Assembly: GCA_047947115.1 (NCBI GenBank)
Contig: CP170459.1
Span: forward strand, 3,445,746 to 3,509,745
Direction of reading: 5' to 3'
Source of the DNA: Verrucomicrobiota bacterium
GTDB taxonomy: Bacteria > Verrucomicrobiota > Verrucomicrobiia > Limisphaerales > AAA164-E04
DNA length: 64,000 bases
The notes below the pieces were generated by a model. It did not search any database. It was not told where the DNA came from and saw only the letters and a program-made list of their open reading frames with translations. Shown here in pieces: positions 1 to 10,153 of the stretch; within the stretch, counting starts at the first letter, position 1, and each line of letters opens with the position of its first letter. Made by a program: the position numbers and the translations under genes.

Positions 1-1290
1 TTACCATCACTCAGGATGTCAACCTCACTGCCGGTCAACAATCGGAAAGCGGTGTTTTCTTCGGACAAACGTTGGTTAATGGCCTGAACAGTTTTGATCT
101 GCTTCTCCAGTCGGTCCGCCTTTAATCCATTCGCCTGGAAGGAAGATTTGGAATGATCCGTGACCGCCCAGTAACTGAAGCCGAGTTCAAGGCAATCCTC
201 AACGATTTGATCAAGAGATTGCCTGCCATCACTCCAGTCGGAGTGGTTGTGGAGGGAACCTTTCATTTCAATCCAGTCAACCAGACGTGGAACCTGATTG
301 GAGGATGCGGCATCGAACTCTCCTTGATCCTCGCGGATTTCGGGCGGGATGTATGTCAGGTCCAGGTGCCTGAAGATGTCTTCTTCGCTCTGGCATTCCA
401 GGCACAGTTCCGGATCTTTGGTTTCCTCTTTTGATCGAAACAGGCCATATTCATTCAATCGCAAACCTCGTTCTATCGCGCGGCGACGCATGATGATGTT
501 GTGCTCTTTGCTACCGGTGAAATAAGCCAGAGCAAACGGAAAGGAACGATCCTCCACCACTCGCAGGTCAGCCTGCAATCCGCCATTGAGAATGACCGAT
601 GCCTTGGTGTCTCCATTGGCCAGGATGTGGGTGACATAAGGGAGAGAAGTGAAGAAACTGATGACCTGATTGGGTGACCTGGACGAGACCAGGAAATCAA
701 TGTCATGCAGGATCTCCTTTCGGCGACGCAAACTACCCGCTTCACTGCAACGAATGACATCGGGATGTTCGCGCAAGATATCCAAAATCGGTTGAGCTGT
801 TGCAAGGCAGATATCGAGGCGGAAGTGGGAAGCGTATTTTTGCCGAAACTCGATGCCTTCAAGTATCTTGGTCTGAGTCTTTGCTCCAAATCCTTTGATG
901 CCTGAAATCCGGTCGTTCTTGCAGGCTTCTTCCAATGCCTCCAGCGTTTCGATTTCAAGCGTATCGTGCAGTAGTTTGACCTTCTTGGGGCCCAGACCGG
1001 GGATGTCGAGCATCTCTATCAGGCCGGGCGGGATGGATTTTCTCAGGTCTTCGTAGTATTTCAATCGGCCGGTGGTGACCAGTTCCGTGACCTTTTGCTG
1101 GAGAGCGTCTCCGAATCCCTTGAGTTCCCCCAGACGCTCCTCATCCACCAGCTGTGCGATGGGGGTGGCCAGTGTTTCGATGGTGCGGGCGCCATTGACG
1201 TATGCCCTGGTTTTGAAGGGGTTTTCTCCCTTTAACTCCAGGAATACGGCAATTTCCTCAAGGATATCCACGACGTCGGCGTTGTCCATG
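1..1290 (-). CDS. polX: DNA polymerase/3'-5' exonuclease PolX (family X polymerase core plus start of PHP domain); C-terminus lies beyond the window start
   Basis: Not in the ORF track because no stop lies in-window. My minus-strand translation from ATG (1290..1288) is open to base 1: MDNADVVDILEEIAVFLELKGENPFKTRAY..., helix-hairpin-helix motifs (DIPGLGPKKV, IKGFGAKTQ), Pol-beta-type palm (GSLRRRKEILHDIDFLV), PHP start (GSLHNHSDWSDG). Confidence 0.85.
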
Positions 1291-1374
1291 CCACGACTAT
1301 GCTCAGGCTGCGCCAAACTGCAAGTGACAAAGAGAAAACTGGACCTGACAGGCTGCTCAGGTCATATTCAGCGC

Positions 1375-2073
1375 ATGAAACATTTCCCGGTTACGATGAC
1401 GAATGGCTTGTTGCGGTTGATGATGATTGCCTTGTTGTGGATCACTGGTTTTCAAGTTCAATGTGAAGATGAGAAGGAGCCGGTCGCCCCAGATTTGGAA
1501 GCCAAGGATTGGAAACCGCTCTTCGACGGTAAAACGATGGAAGGGTGGAAAGAGACCAACTTTGCCGGCAAAGGCGAAGCCCGTGTCAAAGATGGTGCCA
1601 TCGAAATCGACATGGGACTGGCCCTGAGCGGCGTGAACTACACCAATCAGCCGCCCAAGATCAATTATGAGATTACCTTGGAAGCCATGAAGCGGGATGG
1701 GGGGGATTTTTTCTGCGGATTGACCGTTCCTTATAAGGATGAGCATTTCACTTTTGTTTGCGGGGGATGGGGCGGGGGCGTGATCGGGGTTTCCAGCATC
1801 AATGGCATGGACGCCTCAGAAAACGAAACCACCGAATATAAGAAATTCGAAAAGAACCAATGGTACCGCATCACCGTGCGAGTTCTGGATGATCGTATTC
1901 AGGCCTGGATTGATGGTAAATTGTTCGTTGATGTGAGCACCGTGGATGTCTCTATCAGTATGCGTATCGGAGAGATCGAAGAGTCCATTCCTCTTGGTGT
2001 CGCCACTTATATGACATCGGCCGCTATTCGTGACATTCGCTTGCGGAAATTACCTGAGAAAACCAAGGAATAG
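1375..2073 (+). CDS. Secreted DUF1080 / 3-keto-disaccharide-hydrolase-like (concanavalin-like fold) protein
   Basis: Track ORF 1072..2073 trimmed to ATG 1375 (MKHFPVTM..., hydrophobic signal LLRLMMIALLWITGF) because the upstream part overlaps polX on the other strand. Motif DWKPLFDGKTMEGWKE...VKDGAIEI is typical of DUF1080. Confidence 0.7.
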   Translation: MKHFPVTMTNGLLRLMMIALLWITGFQVQCEDEKEPVAPDLEAKDWKPLFDGKTMEGWKETNFAGKGEARVKDGAIEIDMGLALSGVNYTNQPPKINYEITLEAMKRDGGDFFCGLTVPYKDEHFTFVCGGWGGGVIGVSSINGMDASENETTEYKKFEKNQWYRITVRVLDDRIQAWIDGKLFVDVSTVDVSISMRIGEIEESIPLGVATYMTSAAIRDIRLRKLPEKTKE

Positions 2074-2092
2074 GTTCATTCAAAGGAGTAAC

Positions 2093-3496
2093 ATGAAAGC
2101 AGTTGCCAAGAGAGCTTGGTTGGTGTTTGGGCTGGCGCTCCATGGTTGCCTGGTGAGCGAAACAAATGCCGATCCCCTACGTATCGGTGCCGCACAGGTC
2201 AGCATCACTCCGCCCATCGGTATCCCCATGGCGGGTTATTATCATGAGCGCGGAGCATCCTCTATTCACGATCAACTGTATGCGCGGACGATTGTCCTGG
2301 AAAAAGACGGGCTCAAAGCCGCCATCGTCAGTCTGGATGTCATTACGACCAGACGATCCTTCGTGCAGGATGCGCGTCGTTTGATTGAAGCTTCAACCGA
2401 TATCCCCGGAGATCATGTCATGATCAGCGCTACTCACGCGCATACCGGCCCGGTGTTGGCCAGTGAATCGACTCTCGACGAAGCGAGAGGAGGAAAGGAT
2501 GAGCTGGTGCTTCAATACTCCAGAACCTTGGCAGCTTTCATAGCTGATTCCGTGGTCAAAGCCAACGCACAGCTTCAGGAAGCCCAGGCTCAGGGTGCGA
2601 TTGGATTAGAAGACAGCATTGCGTTCAATCGACGATTCCATATGAAAGACGGTACGGTTGGATGGAACCCCGGCAAACAGAATGCCGACATTATCAAGGC
2701 AGCCGGCCCCATTGATCCAGAAGTGCCGTTTGTGTTTTTTTCCAACACCGAAGGAGCGGCCTTGGCAACTTATGTTAACTACGCTGTGCATCTCGATAAC
2801 GTAGGAGGATTGGAAATCTCCGCGGACTTGCCTTTTGCACTGAGCGAAACCTTGCAGCGTTATCACGGCGAAGAGATGGTGACGGTTTATACCACCGGCG
2901 CTTGCGGCGACGTGAATCATGTTAATGTGGCTTGGGGCGCTCCGCAAAAGGGGCATGACAACGCCACACGTATGGGAGTGATTCTGGCGGGAGAAGTGTT
3001 ATCGCAGTGGCCGGTCTTGAAAGCCGTGGATGGTGCGCTAAAAGTACGCAGTGAAATCGTAGAACTTTCATTGCCTGACGTAACGTCGGAAGATATCGAT
3101 TCCTCCAAAGATGTGATCCAAACCGCGGACGATCGGACACGCGCCAGCTTTATGAAATTGGTGCAAGCGCATAAAGTCTTGGATGTGGCTGCCCGTAACG
3201 GCAAGCCTTGGGAAGTGGAAGTGCAGGTCATCACATTGGGAGATCAATTAGCCTGGGTGGCTTTGCCTGGAGAGATATTTGTCCAACTTGGCCTGGATCT
3301 GAAGCTCGATTCACCCTACCCGCAAACCATGATTGCCGAACTGGCCAACGGATCGATCGGATACATCCCCAATATGCGCGCCTATCCCCAGGGCAACTAC
3401 GAAGTCGTGAGTGCCCGATGTGCTGCCGGTTCCGGTGAAAAACTCATCGCAACAGCAATCCGATTGCTGAAAGACAGCCATCGCAAAAGTCCGTGA
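2093..3496 (+). CDS. Neutral/alkaline ceramidase-like family hydrolase, secreted
   Basis: Track ORF 2030..3496 trimmed to ATG 2093, which is preceded by AAAGGAG. Signal peptide MKAVAKRAWLVFGLALHGCLV; N-terminal RIGAAQVSITPPIGIPMAGYYHERG... resembles ceramidase-like family N-termini as I recall them. Confidence 0.55.
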   Translation: MKAVAKRAWLVFGLALHGCLVSETNADPLRIGAAQVSITPPIGIPMAGYYHERGASSIHDQLYARTIVLEKDGLKAAIVSLDVITTRRSFVQDARRLIEASTDIPGDHVMISATHAHTGPVLASESTLDEARGGKDELVLQYSRTLAAFIADSVVKANAQLQEAQAQGAIGLEDSIAFNRRFHMKDGTVGWNPGKQNADIIKAAGPIDPEVPFVFFSNTEGAALATYVNYAVHLDNVGGLEISADLPFALSETLQRYHGEEMVTVYTTGACGDVNHVNVAWGAPQKGHDNATRMGVILAGEVLSQWPVLKAVDGALKVRSEIVELSLPDVTSEDIDSSKDVIQTADDRTRASFMKLVQAHKVLDVAARNGKPWEVEVQVITLGDQLAWVALPGEIFVQLGLDLKLDSPYPQTMIAELANGSIGYIPNMRAYPQGNYEVVSARCAAGSGEKLIATAIRLLKDSHRKSP

Positions 3497-3557
3497 GCAT
3501 TCCCAAGAGACATATTCTTCACGGAGGCAAAAGATCCGACACCCCATGGGCTTTCTG

Positions 3558-3583
3558 GAGTGCTGTGACGACCCACAGCACTC
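3558..3583 (+). terminator. Stem-loop downstream of the ceramidase-like gene (possible terminator, no U-tract)
   Basis: Perfect 10 bp stem GAGTGCTGTG / CACAGCACTC with 6 nt loop, 62 nt after the stop at 3496. It is followed by CAAAAG rather than a T-run, so intrinsic-terminator status is uncertain. Confidence 0.35.
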
Positions 3584-3672
3584 AAAAGTGCTCTCCGTGT
3601 GTTAGGGAATGTTTTTCTTTATCCGCGTACAATCAGGCGATGTATAATCTACTGAATTAATATTTTCTCCGC

Positions 3673-5040
3673 ATGCTACTCTCCGCAGTCATTGGATATG
3701 CCCTCGTTATTCTTCTGATTTCCTTTTTTGCCCAGAGAAGGATTCATAACGAAGAGGATTTTATTGTGGCAGGTCGACGAATGTCGGTCTGGATGAACAC
3801 CGGCACCCTTTTGGCGACTTGGTTTGGGGCCGGGACACTGTTGACCTCGACGGATGAAATCGCCTTGGAAGGAGTGCGGATCGTTGCGTTGGAACCGGTC
3901 GGGGCCGGGCTGTGCCTGGTGGTGACCGGGTTGTTTTTTGCACGCCCGCTTTGGGAAATGAAGATTTGCACACTGGCCGATTTTTTCAAAGCACGCTTCG
4001 GAACCAAAGCCGAAGTGTTGCAAGTGTTGACCTCTGTTCCAACATTCATTGGCTGGATTGCTGTTCAATTGGTGGCCTTGTCAGGTGTGTTCAATGTGTT
4101 GTTTGACTGGCCCGTGACTCAAACAATCATAGGGCTCGGTCTGTTTGCCATGGTTTACACCATAGTGGGGGGGATGTGGTCCGTGAGCCTGACTGATGCT
4201 CTGCAAGCAGTGGTGATGATCGCCGGGTTAGCGCTGCTTGGATGGTATGTTCTGGAGGATCTTTCCAGTGCCGGCGGATTGCAAGCCATGTGGGCTCAAA
4301 GTGAAGCACCTCGAAAGATCTGGATTCCGACCGACCGCGCCCAGGAATTCATGGAATGGTTTGGTTGGTTGACGATTGCCATGTTGGGCAATCTGCCGAG
4401 TCAGGACCTGATGCAGCGTGTCTTTGCCGCACGGTCAGCCAAAGTGGCCCAAACGGCCTGCCTTCTTGCCGGATGTCTGTATATTGTGCTTGGAGCCATT
4501 CCTGTTCTTGCCGGTATGGCCTTTCCGGCTTTGTTTCCCGACAAAGACCCCCAGGCGGTCGTTATTCAGATGGCGCAACATTATTTCACTGATGGCATGA
4601 TGGTCTTGTTCCTGTTGGCCGTCTTGTCGATGGTTCTCTCATCCATGGACAGCGGTATTTTGGCTCCAGCCACCATTCTCGGACGAAACGTCTTCCGTAA
4701 ATGGACGCCCGATTCCGTCAGTTCTCTGACACTTTGCAGGCTGTCGGTTGTTCTGGTGTCCGTGGCATGTGTGGCGGTGGCCTTGATGGGGTCGCGTGCG
4801 TTTGAACTCTTGGAAAGCTGTTACTCTATCGGATTGGCCGGACTGCTGATCCCCCTGGTCATGGGGCTCTTCTGGAAAGCTGGGAATCAAACGTCGGCCT
4901 TGTTGGCCATGATTGTTGGCATCACGGCATGGATCATTGAATGGGTCTTTGGGATTGAATGGCCGTTGGCACCCCTGGGTGCCATCGCCGGGTTGATGGT
5001 TTACATCATTCACGCCAAAGTCTGCCTCAAATTACCTTAA
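3673..5040 (+). CDS. Sodium:solute symporter (SSS) family transporter
   Basis: 455 aa, highly hydrophobic, multi-TM. N-terminal pattern FFAQRRIHNEEDFIVAGRRMSVWMNTGTLLATWFGAGTLL is characteristic of SSS family permeases. Confidence 0.75.
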   Translation: MLLSAVIGYALVILLISFFAQRRIHNEEDFIVAGRRMSVWMNTGTLLATWFGAGTLLTSTDEIALEGVRIVALEPVGAGLCLVVTGLFFARPLWEMKICTLADFFKARFGTKAEVLQVLTSVPTFIGWIAVQLVALSGVFNVLFDWPVTQTIIGLGLFAMVYTIVGGMWSVSLTDALQAVVMIAGLALLGWYVLEDLSSAGGLQAMWAQSEAPRKIWIPTDRAQEFMEWFGWLTIAMLGNLPSQDLMQRVFAARSAKVAQTACLLAGCLYIVLGAIPVLAGMAFPALFPDKDPQAVVIQMAQHYFTDGMMVLFLLAVLSMVLSSMDSGILAPATILGRNVFRKWTPDSVSSLTLCRLSVVLVSVACVAVALMGSRAFELLESCYSIGLAGLLIPLVMGLFWKAGNQTSALLAMIVGITAWIIEWVFGIEWPLAPLGAIAGLMVYIIHAKVCLKLP

Positions 5041-5370
5041 ATCTGACGTCTGCGACCTTGCTCTGTTTACGGCTTTTCGAACCAAATATAAGAATGGTCT
5101 CCTTCAGTATGCAATCCAAGGTCTTATACTGCTTACATTTTTGGGAAGACGTCATGGCGCTTTGAAATCGCAATTTCAAACGCAAATGGCAGTGTTCGTG
5201 TTCACATGTTATAACATTTGCCAAAAGTAATTTCAGAAATAACACTGCGTCACTGCGTCTCTAGCGCAGCGGGCGTGAGAATAAGAAGCATCAGCGAGCC
5301 CTTATGCGCAAATACTTTTGGCAATCAGTATGGATTCCCAAATGCGCCAAGAAACGCAAGGTGCGCAAAG

Positions 5371-6072
5371 TTACTTTTTGGTTATTAGTTCATATGTTTG
5401 AGCGAACACTTCAGGTGGGGTCATGGCTTGCGGTTTTGGTTCGGTAGTGTCCGCTGGGGGTTTTTCAATGGCGATGGCTTTTACGGCCTCCAGCTTGAGT
5501 GTGTCCGACCAGTCGGTGCGGATGGAAGGGTTGTAAATGTAAACAGGTGGATGGTCTGATGTCAGGAGGGGGCTGATAGTGTCCGTTTGTTCAGGGAATC
5601 CAACCCAGGATACGAATGCCAGAGCGTTCGGGTGGTCTGACAGGATTGTGACAAAGTCTTCCGCATCCATGCGGCCTGCATTCATGTCGGCTGCGCTGAT
5701 ATCCATTGCGACTTCCTTGAGTTGGATGGTGCGGAATCGGGCCATGACGCGGGCATAGCCTTCGTAGAAAGAGTCCAATGCCGCGGTGGGGGCTTCTTTG
5801 TTTGGTGGAAAGATCAGAATGATTTCTCCGGTCCGGGCGGATTTGTCGGATAGGTACTGATGCGCCAGGGTGTATGCAACGGCTGCCTGACCACGATGGG
5901 TGCGCTGGATTCCGGACGTTCCAAGCGTGTCAATGGAACGCCAGACTGTCAGAACGATGCATCCGGCCACGCTCAATCCCATACATACCTGACCTATCTT
6001 TTGAGACTTGCCGCGAATACCGTAGCCGATGGCGCCTAAAACCAGGCTGAGGATAAGGAATGGTGAGTACAC
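5371..6072 (-). CDS. Hypothetical membrane-anchored protein (two N-terminal TM segments)
   Basis: 233 aa ORF with a GTG start immediately after the TAA stop of the upstream pseudopilin-like gene (TAAGTG junction at 6070..6075). No motif recognised. Confidence 0.5.
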   Translation of the reverse strand: MYSPFLILSLVLGAIGYGIRGKSQKIGQVCMGLSVAGCIVLTVWRSIDTLGTSGIQRTHRGQAAVAYTLAHQYLSDKSARTGEIILIFPPNKEAPTAALDSFYEGYARVMARFRTIQLKEVAMDISAADMNAGRMDAEDFVTILSDHPNALAFVSWVGFPEQTDTISPLLTSDHPPVYIYNPSIRTDWSDTLKLEAVKAIAIEKPPADTTEPKPQAMTPPEVFAQTYELITKK

Positions 6073-6777
6073 TTAACGTTCCGGGGTGGTTTGGGGTTCT
6101 TCCCGTTCAAGTGTGAACATTTCGCGGGGGGCTTCGTCGATGAGTTCGATGTGGCCATCCAGAAAAGAGGCGTTTGCTTTGCCAAAGACCACCTCACGTG
6201 ATGCACGAGCGGTCAGTCGGGCGGTGCCGGAACTCCATTCGGATCCTCCGCTGTGTCGGTAGAGCACGTTGGCGGTTCCGTCTTCATCGGCGTAGAGGCA
6301 TGCGTCCCAACCATCGGTGTCCGCATAGAGAACCGTTCCGACCGGGTCCTGAACATTGCGCATGCCGATGTCTGCTCGTCCCAGATTGACGCGGCTGTTT
6401 TGGGCGTAGGCCAGAAATCCCCAGAATCCACCCGGGCGCATGGCCCCATTTTCATCTTTCTGCAAACTGGATGGGCAAACAAAGACGCCTTGACCGGAGA
6501 CGTTCGTGCCGCGCCCAACGTAGGTTTGGAGTTGGCGATACCAGATGTTGTGGGGCGGATTCCATCCGATGGGGAGGCGTTCCGTATCTTCGTCGTACAT
6601 GATGGCGGCAAGGATCAGTTGACGGAGGTTGCTGTTGCAGACGATGGTTTTTCCTTTGTCTTTGGCTTTGCCGAGGGCAGGTAACAACATGCCCGCCAAG
6701 ATGGCGATGATGGCCACGACGACGAGGAGTTCTATGAGTGTGAACGCGCCTGTTTTTACTTGTTTGTTCATAACCAT
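6073..6777 (-). CDS. Prepilin-type N-terminal cleavage/methylation domain protein (pseudopilin-like, with C-terminal H-X9-DG-like motif)
   Basis: N-terminus [28 protein letters not shown] is the canonical type IV prepilin leader/methylation motif. The C-terminal ...ANASFLDGHIE resembles the PVC-expanded DUF1559/H-X9-DG class. Confidence 0.85.
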   Translation of the reverse strand: MVMNKQVKTGAFTLIELLVVVAIIAILAGMLLPALGKAKDKGKTIVCNSNLRQLILAAIMYDEDTERLPIGWNPPHNIWYRQLQTYVGRGTNVSGQGVFVCPSSLQKDENGAMRPGGFWGFLAYAQNSRVNLGRADIGMRNVQDPVGTVLYADTDGWDACLYADEDGTANVLYRHSGGSEWSSGTARLTARASREVVFGKANASFLDGHIELIDEAPREMFTLEREEPQTTPER

Positions 6778-6828
6778 GTTTCCGGTTTGTCTGGGGTTGA
6801 TGTGATCGTGGGAAAATCTTGAATCAAT

Positions 6829-7392
6829 TCAGGCCTGATCTTGATTGTTCAGGTGATGTTCTATGCTTTTCAGTGAGTCCCGGATCTCTCTCAGCAACTG
6901 GATTTGATCTTCATCCTTTTGAGTTGTGTTCGTCGGTTTGAGTTTCTTTCCGGGTTCCGAAGCCGCATCTCTCTGGGCCAGGACCGTTTCACGGAATTCG
7001 ATGGCGTTCTTGATGCCGGTCAATGAAACCAACGCACCGGGGCCTGATTGTCCTGCGGTTTCAACCGTGAGGCAGTGGAGATCGTAATGCCTCATGATCG
7101 GACCTTGAACCATTCCCATGTCAGTGATTTTTTCCAGAGGGATGGTTTTTTCAATACGAACAAAGATGCCTTTCTTCACTTTGAGCGCCTTGGGAGTCAG
7201 GATGCATTCCATGCTGGCAAGGTAGCGGCGCGTGAGGAGTTGCCCCAAGGGTATCCAAAGCAACAGCAGGGGAATGCCGATGATGCTGACCGAAAAGGCA
7301 ATGGTTCCCGAAAGCAGCCAGTAGGAGCAGACTTTTGTGTTGAATTCAGCCTTTCGAATGATGCCGGAGGCTTTGTCTGATTGAGTTGTCAT
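6829..7392 (-). CDS. Membrane-flanked bacterial PH domain (bPH_2 / YdbS-like) protein
   Basis: Track ORF 6829..7833 trimmed to ATG 7392..7390 (MTTQSDKASG...) because the longer version overlaps the rRNA methyltransferase gene. Two TM segments (CSYWLLSGTIAFSVSIIGIPLLLLWIPLG) are followed by ...LEKITDMGMVQGPIMRHYDLHCLTVETAG, typical of bPH_2. Confidence 0.65.
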   Translation of the reverse strand: MTTQSDKASGIIRKAEFNTKVCSYWLLSGTIAFSVSIIGIPLLLLWIPLGQLLTRRYLASMECILTPKALKVKKGIFVRIEKTIPLEKITDMGMVQGPIMRHYDLHCLTVETAGQSGPGALVSLTGIKNAIEFRETVLAQRDAASEPGKKLKPTNTTQKDEDQIQLLREIRDSLKSIEHHLNNQDQA

Positions 7393-7481
7393 GGCGACTG
7401 ATTGTTCCAGACGGGATTCCGTCTGTGACTGATAAGTTCTTAGCTTGTGATTCCGGAATGGACAAGTGATAAAAGGGGGAG

Positions 7482-8363
7482 ATGATTCCGGAAGCGTTTC
7501 ATACATTTTATCAAAATCAGCATGCCGGCCGATGGACTGGTCTTTGTGATGCGTTGATGCAGCCGTCCGTGCGGTGCGCGCGTTGGAATGCTTTTGCGGG
7601 TCAACTTCCTGGGGAGAGATCGAATGATTCAACTCTGATGGATGGCCTGCCTGGTTGCCATCGTTTGGACGAAGAAGCATCTTATGAGGAACGTCAGGAA
7701 GGTCTTCAGTGTTATTACCGCATGGATCCGGCGTCGTTGTTACCCGCGCAGGCCCTGGAAGTTCAATCAGGGGATCGAGTGTTGGATATGTGTGCTGCTC
7801 CTGGGGGTAAGAGCTTGATTCTGGCAGAGGCATTGTCAGAACAAGGTCACCTGACAGCGAACGAATGGAGTCGCGCCCGCAAGGAGAAACTGCGTTCGGT
7901 ATTGAATGCCTATTTGCCGGATGAAATGATGTCGCGCATTCGAATCAGCGGGCACGATGCTTCCAAATGGGGGCTTTACGAGCCGGATACCTATGATCGA
8001 ATTTTGCTGGATGCACCTTGTTCGTCGGAACGTCATGTTCTCCATCAACCAGCCGAACTTGAAAAGTGGAAACCCAGTCGGTCCAAGCTGCTCGCACAGC
8101 GTCAATATGCTCTGCTGTGTTCTGCGTTGCTCGCATGCAAACCAGGTGGCCGCGTTGTCTATTCAACCTGCAGTGTTTCCTCTCTGGAGAATGATGAAAA
8201 CATCCGGAAACTGATCAAGAAAAAGGGTGACACTTTTCAGTGCCTGACAGATTTCGCGCGAGCCATAGGGGAAAAGACAGAATTCGGTTGGCAAATTCTT
8301 CCGGATAAATATCCAGGCTGGGGCCCCATGTATTGGGTCGCGTTGGAAAAACGCAATGCTTAG
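7482..8363 (+). CDS. RsmB/RsmF (NOL1/NOP2/Sun) family SAM-dependent RNA cytosine-C5 methyltransferase
   Basis: SAM motif VLDMCAAPGGKSL and the catalytic Cys motifs LLDAPCSSERH and VVYSTCSV are hallmarks of m5C RNA methyltransferases. Confidence 0.8.
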   Translation: MIPEAFHTFYQNQHAGRWTGLCDALMQPSVRCARWNAFAGQLPGERSNDSTLMDGLPGCHRLDEEASYEERQEGLQCYYRMDPASLLPAQALEVQSGDRVLDMCAAPGGKSLILAEALSEQGHLTANEWSRARKEKLRSVLNAYLPDEMMSRIRISGHDASKWGLYEPDTYDRILLDAPCSSERHVLHQPAELEKWKPSRSKLLAQRQYALLCSALLACKPGGRVVYSTCSVSSLENDENIRKLIKKKGDTFQCLTDFARAIGEKTEFGWQILPDKYPGWGPMYWVALEKRNA

Positions 8364-9316
8364 TCCTGGGAGAGTAACCACCATTTCATTGTCCTTGAGA
8401 CCACAGCTGATGCGTCTTGCTGAACGAAATGTCCTGCTTTTGGAACGGTCACAAGGGTGAGATTCCCATCAACCCAATCCCATGTTTGATTCAATCCATT
8501 TGAATTGAGAGCTGTATCCTTCAGTCCGTGGATGACCAGCACGGGACATTTGATGCGTATGTCTATATGAGGGACCGGTGAGGATGGGGCGGGTAGGTCG
8601 GGGTAGTTGCGTTTGTAGAACTCGAGCATGCCTTTGAAATTGGATCGTGTAAACGCCTCCACATATCGTTTGCGGGCCGATTCATCCGTGACCCATCCTG
8701 CCAGTGCGTCGGGTGTCATAGGCCGGCCGAAGAAAATGGTGGGATCGGTATGTGAACCGTTTTTGAATGCCTGGGCGTAAGCGCTGTTTTTTCGTTGTTC
8801 TTCATTTTGAATCAACTCGCGCATGAAACCGTTTGGGTGGGGGAGGTTGAGGATGATGAGTTTTTCAGTCATTTCCGGATGGGCAAATGCGAATTGCCAT
8901 GCGACCGCGCCTCCCCAGTCATGACCCACCACAATGGCTTGTTTTGCCTGATTGGCCTGAATGACAGCTGCAATGTCGGAGACCAGGTGGACCATGTCAT
9001 AGGATGCCGGAGCCTCGGGCTGGTCGCTTTGATTGTAGCCACGTTGATCCATGGCAACGACTTTGTAGTGATCCTTCAATACCTCCATTTGGTCACGCCA
9101 GGTGTACCAAAAATCAGGAAATCCATGCACCATCACCACCAGAGAACCCTCGCCGATCGATGCGAAATGAATCTTGGTGCCTTGATTGTCAGCGTAACCA
9201 TGTTGAACATCATCCCAAAGTTCAGCTTGAGAGGAAGTGATTATTAATCCGCTGGTAACCAGCATAAGGATCTGTTTAAAACAACTGTAAAAAAGGTGCA
9301 CATTGGAAATCTTCAT
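8360..9316 (-). CDS. Alpha/beta hydrolase (epoxide hydrolase / haloalkane dehalogenase-like), secreted
   Basis: HGFPDFWYTWR oxyanion-region motif and GHDWGGAVAW nucleophile elbow; hydrophobic N-terminus. Confidence 0.75.
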   Translation of the reverse strand: MKISNVHLFYSCFKQILMLVTSGLIITSSQAELWDDVQHGYADNQGTKIHFASIGEGSLVVMVHGFPDFWYTWRDQMEVLKDHYKVVAMDQRGYNQSDQPEAPASYDMVHLVSDIAAVIQANQAKQAIVVGHDWGGAVAWQFAFAHPEMTEKLIILNLPHPNGFMRELIQNEEQRKNSAYAQAFKNGSHTDPTIFFGRPMTPDALAGWVTDESARKRYVEAFTRSNFKGMLEFYKRNYPDLPAPSSPVPHIDIRIKCPVLVIHGLKDTALNSNGLNQTWDWVDGNLTLVTVPKAGHFVQQDASAVVSRTMKWWLLSQD

Positions 9317-9355
9317 GATCTGAGTTCTTTTCGAAAAGTGGTTAAAGTTGGGGCA

Positions 9356-10153
9356 TCATGCATGCATGACCTGACCTCCGTCGATGTTCAATACTTGTCC
9401 GGTGATGTGTTGTGCATGTTCTGAAGCCAGGAAGGTGGCCATGGAACCGAAAGAAGCCGGGTTCTGCCATTTCCCCAGGGGGGAAACATGTTTGATTTTT
9501 GCTTCCGCCCAGTCCTCATAACTTTGGCGTTTTTCTTCCGGAAGCAGTTCCTGTCCCGCTTGCCACACCGATCGGTTTAGATCTGATTGCACCATGCCGG
9601 GAGAAAGTGCGTTGGCTCGCACTTGGTATGGGGCGAGGTCTTTGGCGACGCATTGCATGAAGTTAATGAGGGCTGCTTTGGCGGCGCTGTAGGGTGGATC
9701 GGTCTGGGATCCGATCTGCCCGGCCACTGAAGTTAGAAAGGTGATGGTGCCGGAATTGTTTTGGATGGCATGTCGTGCAAATGCATGAGCCACATGGACC
9801 GCTCCCATCATGTTGATGTCCCAGACACGTGGCCAGTCCGATGGTTCAAGATTCCAGAATGGGAAGCCGAATTTACCAGAACCGACTCCTGCGGTGTAAA
9901 TGACGTGATCGATTCGATTCCAGGTTTCCAGGCATTGATCAAAACCCTGTTTTACAGCTTCGTAATGGGTGACGTCACCTCGAATCCCCATGGCGGTGGA
10001 TGGTAATGAATCAGCCAAAGCCACCGTCGATGGGTGGTTGTCAAACAAACACACCTGACATCCTTCCCCGGCAAAACTGTTTGCGATCGCGTGGCCAATC
10101 GTGCCAGCGCCTCCAACCACCATTGCTACCTGATTTTTTAGATGTAGATCCAT
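9356..10153 (-). CDS. SDR family NAD(P)-dependent oxidoreductase
   Basis: N-terminal Rossmann motif VVGGAGTIGHAIA and catalytic YSAAKAAL (YxxxK). Confidence 0.8.
   Translation of the reverse strand: MDLHLKNQVAMVVGGAGTIGHAIANSFAGEGCQVCLFDNHPSTVALADSLPSTAMGIRGDVTHYEAVKQGFDQCLETWNRIDHVIYTAGVGSGKFGFPFWNLEPSDWPRVWDINMMGAVHVAHAFARHAIQNNSGTITFLTSVAGQIGSQTDPPYSAAKAALINFMQCVAKDLAPYQVRANALSPGMVQSDLNRSVWQAGQELLPEEKRQSYEDWAEAKIKHVSPLGKWQNPASFGSMATFLASEHAQHITGQVLNIDGGQVMHA

Noticed and set aside
1072-1374. N-terminal extension of the DUF1080 ORF
   Set aside because: It overlaps polX coding sequence on the other strand. The internal ATG at 1375 yields a signal peptide.
6829-7833. Full 334-aa version of the bPH ORF
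   Set aside because: Its N-terminal 147 codons are Pro/Thr/His-rich, have no features, and overlap the rRNA methyltransferase gene. The internal ATG at 7392 gives a typical bPH_2 protein.
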